Below are positions 18,901 to 26,263 of a stretch of DNA of 64,000 nucleotides, piece by piece. Position 1 is the first letter of the stretch, and every line of letters begins with the position of its first letter. The notes under the pieces are model-generated. The model searched no databases, was not told the origin of the DNA, and was given only the letters and a program-made list of their open reading frames with translations. Source of the stretch: Fidelibacterota bacterium (GTDB lineage: Bacteria; Fidelibacterota; Marinisomatia; SCGC-AAA003-L08; D37C17); NCBI GenBank assembly GCA_002703645.1, contig NZUX01000033.1, forward strand, positions 1,942 to 65,941. The letters are read 5' to 3'. The position numbers and the translations under genes were made by a program.

Positions 18901-19736
18901 GAACCAGCAGGAACGACAGAGCCTGTAAAAGAAAAAGCTAATACAGCTGATCCACTAGCCGATATGGTAAATCCAGCAGCTGTTGCATCACCTCCACTAG
19001 CTCCGGTTACACATCCATTATGTGCAAACTGAAATCCAGCGATATTAGCTGTGCTTGAATAATCAAGATTTCCACCATCAAGAGTAAGACATACTTCTAC
19101 ACCTTCTTCACAGCCGTATTCACATGTAGAACCGTCACCAAAACATACTCCACAGCTATCTAAATCCCACAGCTCACAACACGTATCAAATTCATCTGTA
19201 ATGGCTGCTCCATTACATATTCCAAAGCAATCTTCATCAAATAAACAGTTTCCATCACAATCAAAATTTTGTTCTGGATATTCACATGACCCATCATCTG
19301 TATTAGCGCTAGAATCATAGTTACATGCTTCAATGTCAGTACATCCCAAAACAGGATCAACAGAAAAAGCTACTAATAATGCATCCCCTCCTGGTCCTGA
19401 AAAAATAAAATCAGATAAGCACCCCTCATTTACATCACCATCTAAATCAACAAGAGTTCCTGTGCCTGCTGGAATAACCGCTCCGGTAAAAGAAAATGCT
19501 AATACAACAGTTCCGCTAGCTGATATTGTAAATCCAGCAGCTGTTGCATCACCTCCACTGGCTCCAGTAACACATCCATTATGATTAAATTGAAATCCTG
19601 CAATATCCGCGGTACTATCATATTCTAGACTTCCATTATTTAATGATAAACACACATCTGTGCCATCTGGACAATTTGAAAAAACAAATGATAGAACCAT
19701 AAAAGGTACTAAATAAAATAGTTTACTAAATGACAT
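15993..19736 (-). CDS. secreted multi-domain surface protein: 4 cohesin-like modules, Cys-rich CNYD linkers, 2 DUF4397-like domains, T9SS C-terminal sorting domain
   Basis: Signal peptide, then four modules of about 100 aa centred on (I/V)AGFQF ... GF.(I/V)S..G..V(L/V).FS(F/L)TG..(I/V)P.G.G.L. Five (A)CNY(D/N)....DDGSCEYPE.NFDC(D/E)GNC linkers. VQVIHNSPSPVVDIYLDG and LHVYHGSTDAPAVDVLADG mark the DUF4397-like domains. The tail is LSQNYPNPFNPETTISFSIP...GVYLYKL...LTLIR. An AAGGAG RBS precedes the ATG. Confidence 0.85.
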   Translation of the reverse strand: MSFSKLFYLVPFMVLSFVFSNCPDGTDVCLSLNNGSLEYDSTADIAGFQFNHNGCVTGASGGDATAAGFTISASGTVVLAFSFTGAVIPAGTGTLVDLDGDVNEGCLSDFIFSGPGGDALLVAFSVDPVLGCTDIEACNYDSSANTDDGSCEYPEQNFDCDGNCLFDEDCFGICNGAAITDEFDTCCELWDLDSCGVCFGDGSTCEYGCEEGVEVCLTLDGGNLDYSSTANIAGFQFAHNGCVTGASGGDATAAGFTISASGSAVLAFSFTGSVVPAGSGTLVELTGNVTEDCLSDFIFSDSEGEALEVGFPVVLVDGCMDMEACNYDPNANNDDGSCEYPEENFDCEGNCVAEEDCAGVCGGDAVEDECGICEGDGSLCTVSLDLSVNNETGIMSVNMSNAMDVAGFQFVLSNVEILSVAGGSAEENGFLVSAANGTVVGFSLTGATIPPGDAVLLEVSFVPLWDESCMSDVVLSDPFGAGIAWNVGECVTLDFTVLEGCTDVDACNYNPEANNDDGSCEYPEENFDCEGNCTVDIDCAGTCGGSLVDDLCGECGGDNSTCSGCMDPNALNYDPEALVDCGPDCCQYPADAMIGVSNVTEGMIDVSMENITDVAGFQFNITSSCDSVSVLSGTGGSSADAGFMISTSGTTVLGFSLTGATIPAGSGLLVSLEAGWLGCDSGSFGLENVILSDIDGAALTFNIMEDFEFDAACSDVDACNYGEPGDCVYPEDCFDCDGNSTCYYSVDINHTGESHLIILMDSISTLEVGDEIGVFDLMGVIETDSTGLNPQYGEVLVGSTVWDGVANNEGVVTEVTAIMSLDLSDFGGPILNGAVDGNPIVVKVYDVSEGVEYEMTQLTTDMGGDFGDIMTVVTDIDLGEAPEVAHVQVIHNSPSPVVDIYLDGALAVENFEYRTATPVLELSTSFTVGIAPADGDVIAEFPFELMAGGEYVVVATGILGDAATPFDLAASGTSFGASNNYYTGLHVYHGSTDAPAVDVLADGGLLFGDLSYGEFSTQVEVAAVDYTIGIAPTGGDVIAEFIAPLSGLGGTSAVVFASGFLSGSDPAFGLFAALTSGDVVALEVPINIGDPCDINDDGVADEGFIFDCSLSCVSDAFLGDAWCDEAFPNFNCVEFNCDEGACGDCQELSNDILSPVSFELSQNYPNPFNPETTISFSIPNISEISLTIYDINGRVVDVVTEGVYSPGVYSFIWNGMNLSGELVPSGVYLYKLVTPSQTFTKHLTLIR
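17640..19680 (-). repeat. four tandem cohesin-like coding modules (modules 1 and 2 are near-identical at DNA level)
   Basis: The AGFQF codons recur near 19600, 19040, 18520 and 17890. A stretch of about 50 nt around 19534-19584 recurs almost exactly at 18973-19023, an offset of 561 nt. Confidence 0.8.
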
Positions 19737-19919
19737 ACTTTTTTCTCCTTACTCTCTTTAATTATTCTTTGCACTTTGAAGAGATAGAAAATACCTATTT
19801 TTTGACCAAAAACAAATAAGTTTTACTCATCAAATTAAATTATAATAAAAAATACAAATCCACTCTATCTAAATCTAATCAATTTAATCTATTGCTTTAT
19901 GTAACACCATGTAAAATCA

Positions 19920-21728
19920 TCAAACTGAAATAAATGGCCAGTAAATAGGAATTAATTTCATCGCAATAAACCAAAAAATAATTGTTAATGGAAGACCCAT
20001 AATAATGAAATCTTTCATTTTATATTCCCCGGGTCCATAAACCATTAAATTAGTCTGATAGCCAATAGGAGTCATAAAGCTATTTGATGCTCCAAAACAA
20101 ATTGCAATTAAAAAAGGTCTAGGGTCAATATTGAGTTGAGCAGCTAAATAAATTCCAATGGGCGCTAGAATAATAGCTACCGCAGCATTAGACATAAATG
20201 CTGATAAAATAAATGTAACCGAATATAATAAAGATAAATAAACCATATATGTTGATGATGAAAACCCTGATAGGAAATTTGCAATTTGAATAATTAAGTC
20301 ACCTAATAATTGGTCTGCTCCAGTGTTTCTTATAGCAACACTAATAGGCACTAACGCTGCCAATAAAAATATAACAGTCCAATTAATTGATTGATATGCT
20401 TCCTGAATTGATAGTGCTCTAAGTGCTAAAATTATTACAACAGCAAATATAGCTCCCTTAGTTATCGATATAAATTCAATAGAAGATAAAAGCATAATAA
20501 TAGGAATTACAATAACAGATATCCACCAAAACCTCTCATATCGAAGATGGAGATCAAGTTCTTCTAGCACAACAAAATCTAAAGAGCTTTTTAATTTATT
20601 AATTTTATTTCTAGGAACTAAAATAAGTAGTGTATCTGAGAATTTTAATTTTATATGAGCTACTTTTTCTCTTAACAACTCATTTTGTCTCTTAATAGCA
20701 AGAACAAATGATGATAATTTTGTTCTAAAATTGAATTGATATAGAGTTCTACCAATCAAAGAAGATTGCTGCGTAACAAGCGCTTCAACAAGAACATGAT
20801 TTTTGCCTTCAAGCTCTTCTTGATTCATTTTAACTTCAGACAGAAGAGATACATTCATTTCATTTTTAAATTTTATGATATTCTTGACATTAATTTGAAC
20901 CAAGAAGACATCTCCATGCCTTATAGTATGAGAATCTAAATTAACTGATATGGTTTTATCTTTTCTTAATAGTTTAATAATATCAATTTCATACTTTTCA
21001 CTTAAATCTAAATCACCAATATTTTTTCCAATTAAAATTGAATCTTCTTTTACTGAAAATTCTGTTAGATATTTATTCATATGATATTTTTGAGTTAATG
21101 AAGAGACAATTGCTCTAGATGGAAGAAAGAAGCAAGCAATTATTAAATTATAAACAATTCCTACTACCATAAATATGCTTCCAACTTTAGTAAATTCAAA
21201 TATACTAAATGGAGTTAATCCTTGCTGTTCAATAAAATCACTAATAATTAGATTAGTAGATGTTCCAATTAAAGTTAAGGTCCCTCCAAAAATAGCAGCA
21301 TATGATAAAGGGAGTAAAACTCTCGTTGGGCTTATATGAAATTTTTGACATAAATTAATAGCCAAAGGAATGAAAATTGCTACCGCAGCAGTATTATTTA
21401 TTAAACCTGATAAAATAGATACAATTAATAGAAATGTCGCGATTGTAACCCATTTATTTTTTCCAACATGAGTATACATGAAATCAGCAAATACTTCTAA
21501 AAATCCAGTTTTAACAAGAGAACGACTAAGTATAAACATTGCCCCTATAGTAATTACCGCTTTATTACTAAACCCACTTAAGGCATCATCAACACTTATA
21601 ACATTAAATAGCAATAATATAGCAGTTGCTGCCATAGCTGTTACTTCTAAAGCAAAAACTTCAAAAATAAAAAATGTAACTAGCATAGCAAAAACTATAA
21701 GAAGTATAATTAAATCAAAACTTAGCAT
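19920..21728 (-). CDS. SLC13/DASS-type anion permease with two central TrkA-C (RCK_C) domains
   Basis: About 5+5 TM helices flank two soluble repeats (GKNIGDLDL...HGDVFLV and GRTLYQFNF...FSDTLLIL). Confidence 0.8.
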   Translation of the reverse strand: MLSFDLIILLIVFAMLVTFFIFEVFALEVTAMAATAILLLFNVISVDDALSGFSNKAVITIGAMFILSRSLVKTGFLEVFADFMYTHVGKNKWVTIATFLLIVSILSGLINNTAAVAIFIPLAINLCQKFHISPTRVLLPLSYAAIFGGTLTLIGTSTNLIISDFIEQQGLTPFSIFEFTKVGSIFMVVGIVYNLIIACFFLPSRAIVSSLTQKYHMNKYLTEFSVKEDSILIGKNIGDLDLSEKYEIDIIKLLRKDKTISVNLDSHTIRHGDVFLVQINVKNIIKFKNEMNVSLLSEVKMNQEELEGKNHVLVEALVTQQSSLIGRTLYQFNFRTKLSSFVLAIKRQNELLREKVAHIKLKFSDTLLILVPRNKINKLKSSLDFVVLEELDLHLRYERFWWISVIVIPIIMLLSSIEFISITKGAIFAVVIILALRALSIQEAYQSINWTVIFLLAALVPISVAIRNTGADQLLGDLIIQIANFLSGFSSSTYMVYLSLLYSVTFILSAFMSNAAVAIILAPIGIYLAAQLNIDPRPFLIAICFGASNSFMTPIGYQTNLMVYGPGEYKMKDFIIMGLPLTIIFWFIAMKLIPIYWPFISV

Positions 21729-21770
21729 ATCAACTGAAGTTAACTAAATATTTAATAAAGATAAAAATAA

Positions 21771-21804
21771 AAAAGGGGCTTCCATATTTTTAAAAGCCCC
21801 TTTT
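21771..21804 (-). terminator. rho-independent terminator after glnII
   Basis: AAAAGGGGCTT-loop-AAGCCCCTTTT, with a T-rich tract on the minus strand. Confidence 0.7.
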
Positions 21805-21826
21805 AAATAATAACTATTATAGGATA

Positions 21827-22855
21827 TTATGCTTCTACTAATTTTTCTTCACATATTGTTTCAATAAGCATCGTACAAACTATATATGGATCCATATTTG
21901 CAGATGGGCGCCTATCCTCTAAATACCCATAACCATCATTAGCTGTCCCCATAGGAATCCTAACTGAAGCACCTCTATCACTAACTCCATATCTAAATTC
22001 AGCTATACTACATGTTTCATGTAATCCAGTTAATCTTTGATCGTTATCAGCTCCATATGCTGCTATATGCTCAGCATGTCTAGATTCTAATTTTTTACAT
22101 GCAGCTTCAATAACTTTCATTCCACCAGCTTCTCTCATTGATTTTGTACTAAAGTTAGTATGGGCTCCAGCTCCATTCCAATCACCTTTTACTGGCTTTG
22201 GATCTAAAGTCGCACTAACCTCATAATCCTCACCTATTCTATACAATAACCACCTAGCAATCCAAAGCTGATCTGAAACTTCCAATGGACCTAATGGACC
22301 AACTTGAAATTCCCATTGACCTGGCATAACCTCTGCATTAATACCAGAAAGTTTAATCCCTGCTAGCAAAGAAGCTTCCATATGCTCTTCGACAATATCT
22401 CTTCCAAAAACTTCATCAGATCCAACACCACAATAATAGCCTCCTTGAGGGGCTGGAAAACCATTATCAGGCCAACCTAAAGGTTTAATACCATCAAAAA
22501 AAGTATATTCTTGTTCAATTCCAAACCAACACTCTTCACTTTCAAATTTTTCCGCTAAAGCTCTAAGTTTAGCTCTTTTATTACTCGAATGAACAGTACC
22601 GTCTGCATTAAAAACTTCACACATTACCAATATATCATCTCCACCTCTAAGAGGATCAGAAAAATATGAGACTGGTTTTAATAAGCAATCACTAAAATGT
22701 CCCTCAGCTTGCATAGTACTAGAACCATCAAAACCCCACTCTGGCAAATCTTCTACACTATTAACTTCACCATAAATAATTCGTGTTTTACTTCTAAGTT
22801 TAGCTGTAGGGTTACTCCCATCTATCCAAATATATTCGGCTTTAACTACGGACAT
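21827..22855 (-). CDS. glnII: glutamine synthetase, type II (eukaryote-like GSII)
   Basis: N-terminus AEYIWIDGS..KLRSKT, GYYCGVG, EVMPGQWEFQVGP, NGAGAHTNFS, and a 342-aa length. Confidence 0.9.
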   Translation of the reverse strand: MSVVKAEYIWIDGSNPTAKLRSKTRIIYGEVNSVEDLPEWGFDGSSTMQAEGHFSDCLLKPVSYFSDPLRGGDDILVMCEVFNADGTVHSSNKRAKLRALAEKFESEECWFGIEQEYTFFDGIKPLGWPDNGFPAPQGGYYCGVGSDEVFGRDIVEEHMEASLLAGIKLSGINAEVMPGQWEFQVGPLGPLEVSDQLWIARWLLYRIGEDYEVSATLDPKPVKGDWNGAGAHTNFSTKSMREAGGMKVIEAACKKLESRHAEHIAAYGADNDQRLTGLHETCSIAEFRYGVSDRGASVRIPMGTANDGYGYLEDRRPSANMDPYIVCTMLIETICEEKLVEA

Positions 22856-23315
22856 GCTCTTCCTCCTTTTTAATTAATAATTTAGTACTTTTATACGAAC
22901 TTAATATTAATTGGGTTTCAGTTCTTTTTACTCCTGGCCATGACTGAATATCTCTTAATAACTTTTCAAGCGATGTAGTATTCTCAACTTCTACAAGCAG
23001 AATATGAGACCCTGTACCTGTGGTCGTATAACAGCTTACAACATTTTGGCTATTATTCGCTTGGTTTACAACATCTTCAAAGTATGCTGATGATTCTGAT
23101 ATAATAGTTATAAATGCATTAACATCCATCCCAAGCTTTTGCTTATTAATATCAACGCTATATCCTCTTATTACTCCAGAATCTTGAAGTTTTTTAATTC
23201 TTTCAGTAACAGCAGGAACTGACATTCCAACAGAATCAGCAATATTACTCGCTGATTCTCTAGCATTCTCTATAAGATGATTAAGAATTAACAAATCTGT
23301 GTTATCTAATTGCAC
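22842..23315 (-). CDS. Lrp/AsnC family transcriptional regulator
   Basis: N-terminal HTH LDNTDLLILNHLIENARESASNIADSVGMSVPAVTERIKKL plus a C-terminal RAM/AsnC_trans_reg domain. It overlaps glnII by 14 nt. Confidence 0.85.
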   Translation of the reverse strand: MQLDNTDLLILNHLIENARESASNIADSVGMSVPAVTERIKKLQDSGVIRGYSVDINKQKLGMDVNAFITIISESSAYFEDVVNQANNSQNVVSCYTTTGTGSHILLVEVENTTSLEKLLRDIQSWPGVKRTETQLILSSYKSTKLLIKKEEEHVRS

Positions 23316-23435
23316 TAAACCTCATTTTTTAATATTTAAATTTAATAATTAATATTAATTTATACCAAATATTTTTAATATAAACTATATATTTATTTAA
23401 AATTATAAAGAAATAAGGAGTATGTCTTTAATATT

Positions 23436-23780
23436 ATGAAAACTACAGTTTACCATAACCCTAGATGAAGTAAGAGCAGGAATTCGGTTCGAATTCTAGA
23501 AGAAAAAAAAATTGATTACAAAATTATAGAATATCTAAAAAATCCTTTAAGTGTTAATGAATTAGAAAACATTCTTAACATTCTTAAACTAAAGCCAATT
23601 GATATTATTAGAAAAACGGAAGCAGATTATAAAGAAAATAAAATTAATTTAATCAAAAATGATAATGAACTCTTAATGGCAATAATAAAATTCCCTAAAA
23701 TACTTCAACGACCAATTATATTAAATGGGAACAAGGGAGTAATTGGTAGGCCCCCTGAAAATATTTTATCAATAATTTAA
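23436..23780 (+). CDS. ArsC/YfgD-family thiol reductase with an in-frame UGA (probable selenocysteine) at the catalytic Cys position
   Basis: Manual translation gives MKTTVYHNPR-U-SKSRNSVRILEEKKIDYKIIEYLKNP...FPKILQRPIILNGNKGVIGRPPENILSII (114 aa). I align it to the YHNPRCSKSR...RPIV...GRPPE..L pattern of the E. coli ArsC/YfgD family. The TGA at 23466-23468 replaces the Cys codon. The ORF is absent from the ORF track. Confidence 0.85.
23480..23496 (+). promoter_or_regulatory. bacterial SECIS-like hairpin
   Basis: GAATTCG-GTT-CGAATTC is a 7-bp perfect stem with a G/U-containing apical loop. It starts 11 nt after the UGA, which matches the bacterial SECIS spacing as I recall it from fdhF. Confidence 0.6.
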
Positions 23781-23787
23781 ATATTTA

Positions 23788-26259
23788 CTATCTAACAAAA
23801 AACCTTAAGCCATGCGTTTGGCTAAGTTCATTAATCAAAGGAAGTCCATAAGGATCCTCATGATCTGTATTAAATATATATTGAACCCCTTCATTTTTAT
23901 CTGGAGATTCAATACCTATAGTAACGCCATGGTCGTCAACATTATATATTTCTTTATATTGAAATACAATTTCACCATCACCTCCATTTGTGCCTTCAAG
24001 AATAATATTTAATATAGCCATAATATCAAAAATATCTATATTGTCATCACCATTTAAATCTGAATCTACTAATTCAGTGGGACTAGGGTTGTGTATATCT
24101 AAAATAATATTAAGGACCAACATAATATCAAAAATATCTATATTCAAATCTTCATTAACATCTCCATTAGAACTATATTCACTTGGATATAATATTAATT
24201 GAAACGTTTCTTTTTTACATTCTTCTGGATCTGGGGCATCACCATTATCTAAACAGTATTCATCAACATGTCCATTTGCAAGATTATCCCATTGAATTAC
24301 AAAAGCCTGTTCCTCTTCAATCCATTGCGAATAAACATTAAATGGTTCTGTTCCACCATTATCATCTAAGTCATCATAGAAAGGAGCTAGTAATCCATAA
24401 GGCCCAATAGGGAAGGTTATAGAATTATTATAAAAGTAACTTAAAGCATCACATTCTTGATTATCATTAGTATTACCATCTAAACAAGGAATAAATGAGG
24501 CCCAACCATTAGAACATACTGTTAAATTTGAAAAAGTTTGACCATAATATTGAAAATCAAACCCTAAATCAATAGTAGTATTTGTATCATCTACTAAGTT
24601 TAGATTAGTCCCCGTATCTGATATCTCATACCAATAATATGGAATAGCTTCCATAACATATCCATAATCACTCTGCTCTTCCATATCACCAAATTCTGTA
24701 GCATTATATGTCTCATTTAAATCTTCATCATAATTAATTAGATATTCCTTCTGATAATATTGCGATCTATTAATATATAGATTGAGATTAGAGCTAGGTT
24801 CTACTCCATCAAAATCAATACCTAGTTCTCCATACTCATTTGATAAACCCTTAGCAATTAGCTCTCCATTATACATAAGAGCCCCAACTGCATCTTTTAA
24901 TGGATTTCCAAATTCATCTTCAACAATCACATTTAAAAAAGAATTATCAATATTATAAGATTCATCAATACCATCTAAATACAACTCATTAGGCTCTTTC
25001 AGCCAAACGCTTAAGCTTGCATCACCAAGAACACCATAAACATGATGATAAAATTCTCCAATATCAGTTCCATTTATCTCAAGACCTTCAAATTCTTGAG
25101 CTACAGCTTGCTTCCCTGTATGTAATGCAGGGCCTATTTCACTTTGTCTACCCTCCAAATAGTCATCCCACATCGCTCCACATAACACATTATTAAATCG
25201 CGTATCTGTATCTAAATCAGAAGGACCAACCATCGCAACTGCACCTTTTGGAGCATTTATGGTCCCTGCAGTTATTAATTTTTCCCCAAAACAAAAAACT
25301 TGTGATTCATTTCCAAAGTCACCAGTATTACACACAAAACTAAATACTACTGGCATGGAGAATGTTGGGTTTAATAAACTTTCAATTTCATCTAAACGGA
25401 ATTGTGGTTTATGCCAACCTCTAGCATCCCCCCATCCTCGATAATTAACAATACCAATACCATTATTCCATGACTCTTCTATCTGATCGGGACTAGTAGC
25501 CCAATCATAATTCCACTTATGAAAGAATGCACTATCGACACTTGAATATCCATATGCAAATAATTCTTCTTGAACCCATTTTGATGTCCAAACAGGTGTC
25601 ACAGGCCAATTTTGTGGTGATGTTCCCTCTCCACTATAATTTCCAGCTACGACTAAAGCATTATTTAAATAGCTAGGGTCTGGAACATATGGAAAATCTA
25701 ACTTAGCATAATGAATGTTTCGATTTATAATATTAGATAAATCTGTAGCGCTTCCAATAGACCATCTACCTAGAAAAAAATGTGGTTCTAGCATATTTTC
25801 TCCTTGACCATCATTGATATCAAAAAATGTATATGGATAATCTGTTTGATCATTTTCAGCTTCATTGTACGATGGAATCTCATATGTCGGAATATTATAG
25901 TTATCATTATTCTGATTAACGTCACCAACAAGAAGGACATACTCAAGCATTGGGTCTTGCTCATAAAAGCTAATCAAATAATTTCTAAGATCATCATTCG
26001 TATTACCGTTAATTCCTTCAATCTCTGAATTTCCAGATCTAAATGAAACAACCGTAACATCATATCCTTGAGTCTTTTTTAAATTAATAAAAGTTTCTAA
26101 GGAAGAATTATTAAGATCAGAGTTAGATAGGACAATAAGATATGTCCCTCTGGCAAACTCTGAATCTCTATATTTATTTATATTCTTTTTGGCTAGAGGA
26201 ACTAGCTCACTAAATAAAGTTGAGGCTAATACAAATACTAATAAAATCACTTTTCTCAA
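23788..26259 (-). CDS. gingipain-like peptidase C25 family protein (canonical His absent) with an internal dockerin near the C-terminus
   Basis: Signal peptide. YVLLVGDVN...IPTY, DYPY, and IVNYRGWGDARGW...VVFSFVCNTGDF align to the RgpB segment LVNYTGHGSETAW...IFDVACVNGDF. Dockerin repeats are DVNEDLNIDIFDIMLVLNIIL and DLNGDDNIDIFDIMAILNIIL. Confidence 0.8.
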   Translation of the reverse strand: MRKVILLVFVLASTLFSELVPLAKKNINKYRDSEFARGTYLIVLSNSDLNNSSLETFINLKKTQGYDVTVVSFRSGNSEIEGINGNTNDDLRNYLISFYEQDPMLEYVLLVGDVNQNNDNYNIPTYEIPSYNEAENDQTDYPYTFFDINDGQGENMLEPHFFLGRWSIGSATDLSNIINRNIHYAKLDFPYVPDPSYLNNALVVAGNYSGEGTSPQNWPVTPVWTSKWVQEELFAYGYSSVDSAFFHKWNYDWATSPDQIEESWNNGIGIVNYRGWGDARGWHKPQFRLDEIESLLNPTFSMPVVFSFVCNTGDFGNESQVFCFGEKLITAGTINAPKGAVAMVGPSDLDTDTRFNNVLCGAMWDDYLEGRQSEIGPALHTGKQAVAQEFEGLEINGTDIGEFYHHVYGVLGDASLSVWLKEPNELYLDGIDESYNIDNSFLNVIVEDEFGNPLKDAVGALMYNGELIAKGLSNEYGELGIDFDGVEPSSNLNLYINRSQYYQKEYLINYDEDLNETYNATEFGDMEEQSDYGYVMEAIPYYWYEISDTGTNLNLVDDTNTTIDLGFDFQYYGQTFSNLTVCSNGWASFIPCLDGNTNDNQECDALSYFYNNSITFPIGPYGLLAPFYDDLDDNGGTEPFNVYSQWIEEEQAFVIQWDNLANGHVDEYCLDNGDAPDPEECKKETFQLILYPSEYSSNGDVNEDLNIDIFDIMLVLNIILDIHNPSPTELVDSDLNGDDNIDIFDIMAILNIILEGTNGGDGEIVFQYKEIYNVDDHGVTIGIESPDKNEGVQYIFNTDHEDPYGLPLINELSQTHGLRFFVR

Positions 26260-26263
26260 AAAA

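Noticed and set aside
16345-19584. Track ORFs antisense or out of frame within the 1247-aa gene (16345..16662, 17632..17886, 18031..18213, 18535..18759, 19333..19584 on plus; 19160..19360 on minus)
   Set aside because: Their translations are low-complexity and P/S/A-rich. They lie entirely inside a long gene with strong domain evidence. They are typical shadow ORFs of Gly/Ala/Asp-rich coding sequence.
15993-19736. Visibly higher G+C of the scaffold gene (and of 51108..55394) as a sign of horizontal transfer
   Set aside because: The shift is explained by Gly/Ala/Asp/Cys/Val-rich protein composition. There are no flanking integrase, transposase, tRNA-junction or direct-repeat signatures.
23422-23439. 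Five-codon uORF (MSLIL) whose TGA overlaps the ArsC-like ATG
   Set aside because: The only SD-like sequence (AAGGAG, 23415-23420) is 1 nt from the uORF ATG, which is too close to serve it. It is probably a chance ORF in AT-rich DNA.
23436-23780. Reading the ArsC-like frame as a pseudogene with a nonsense mutation
   Set aside because: It has a single in-frame stop and that stop is TGA. It falls exactly on the catalytic Cys column and is followed at SECIS spacing by a perfect hairpin. The rest of the frame is intact through conserved C-terminal motifs, and selC is present in the window. Sec recoding is the simpler explanation, but it is still unverified.
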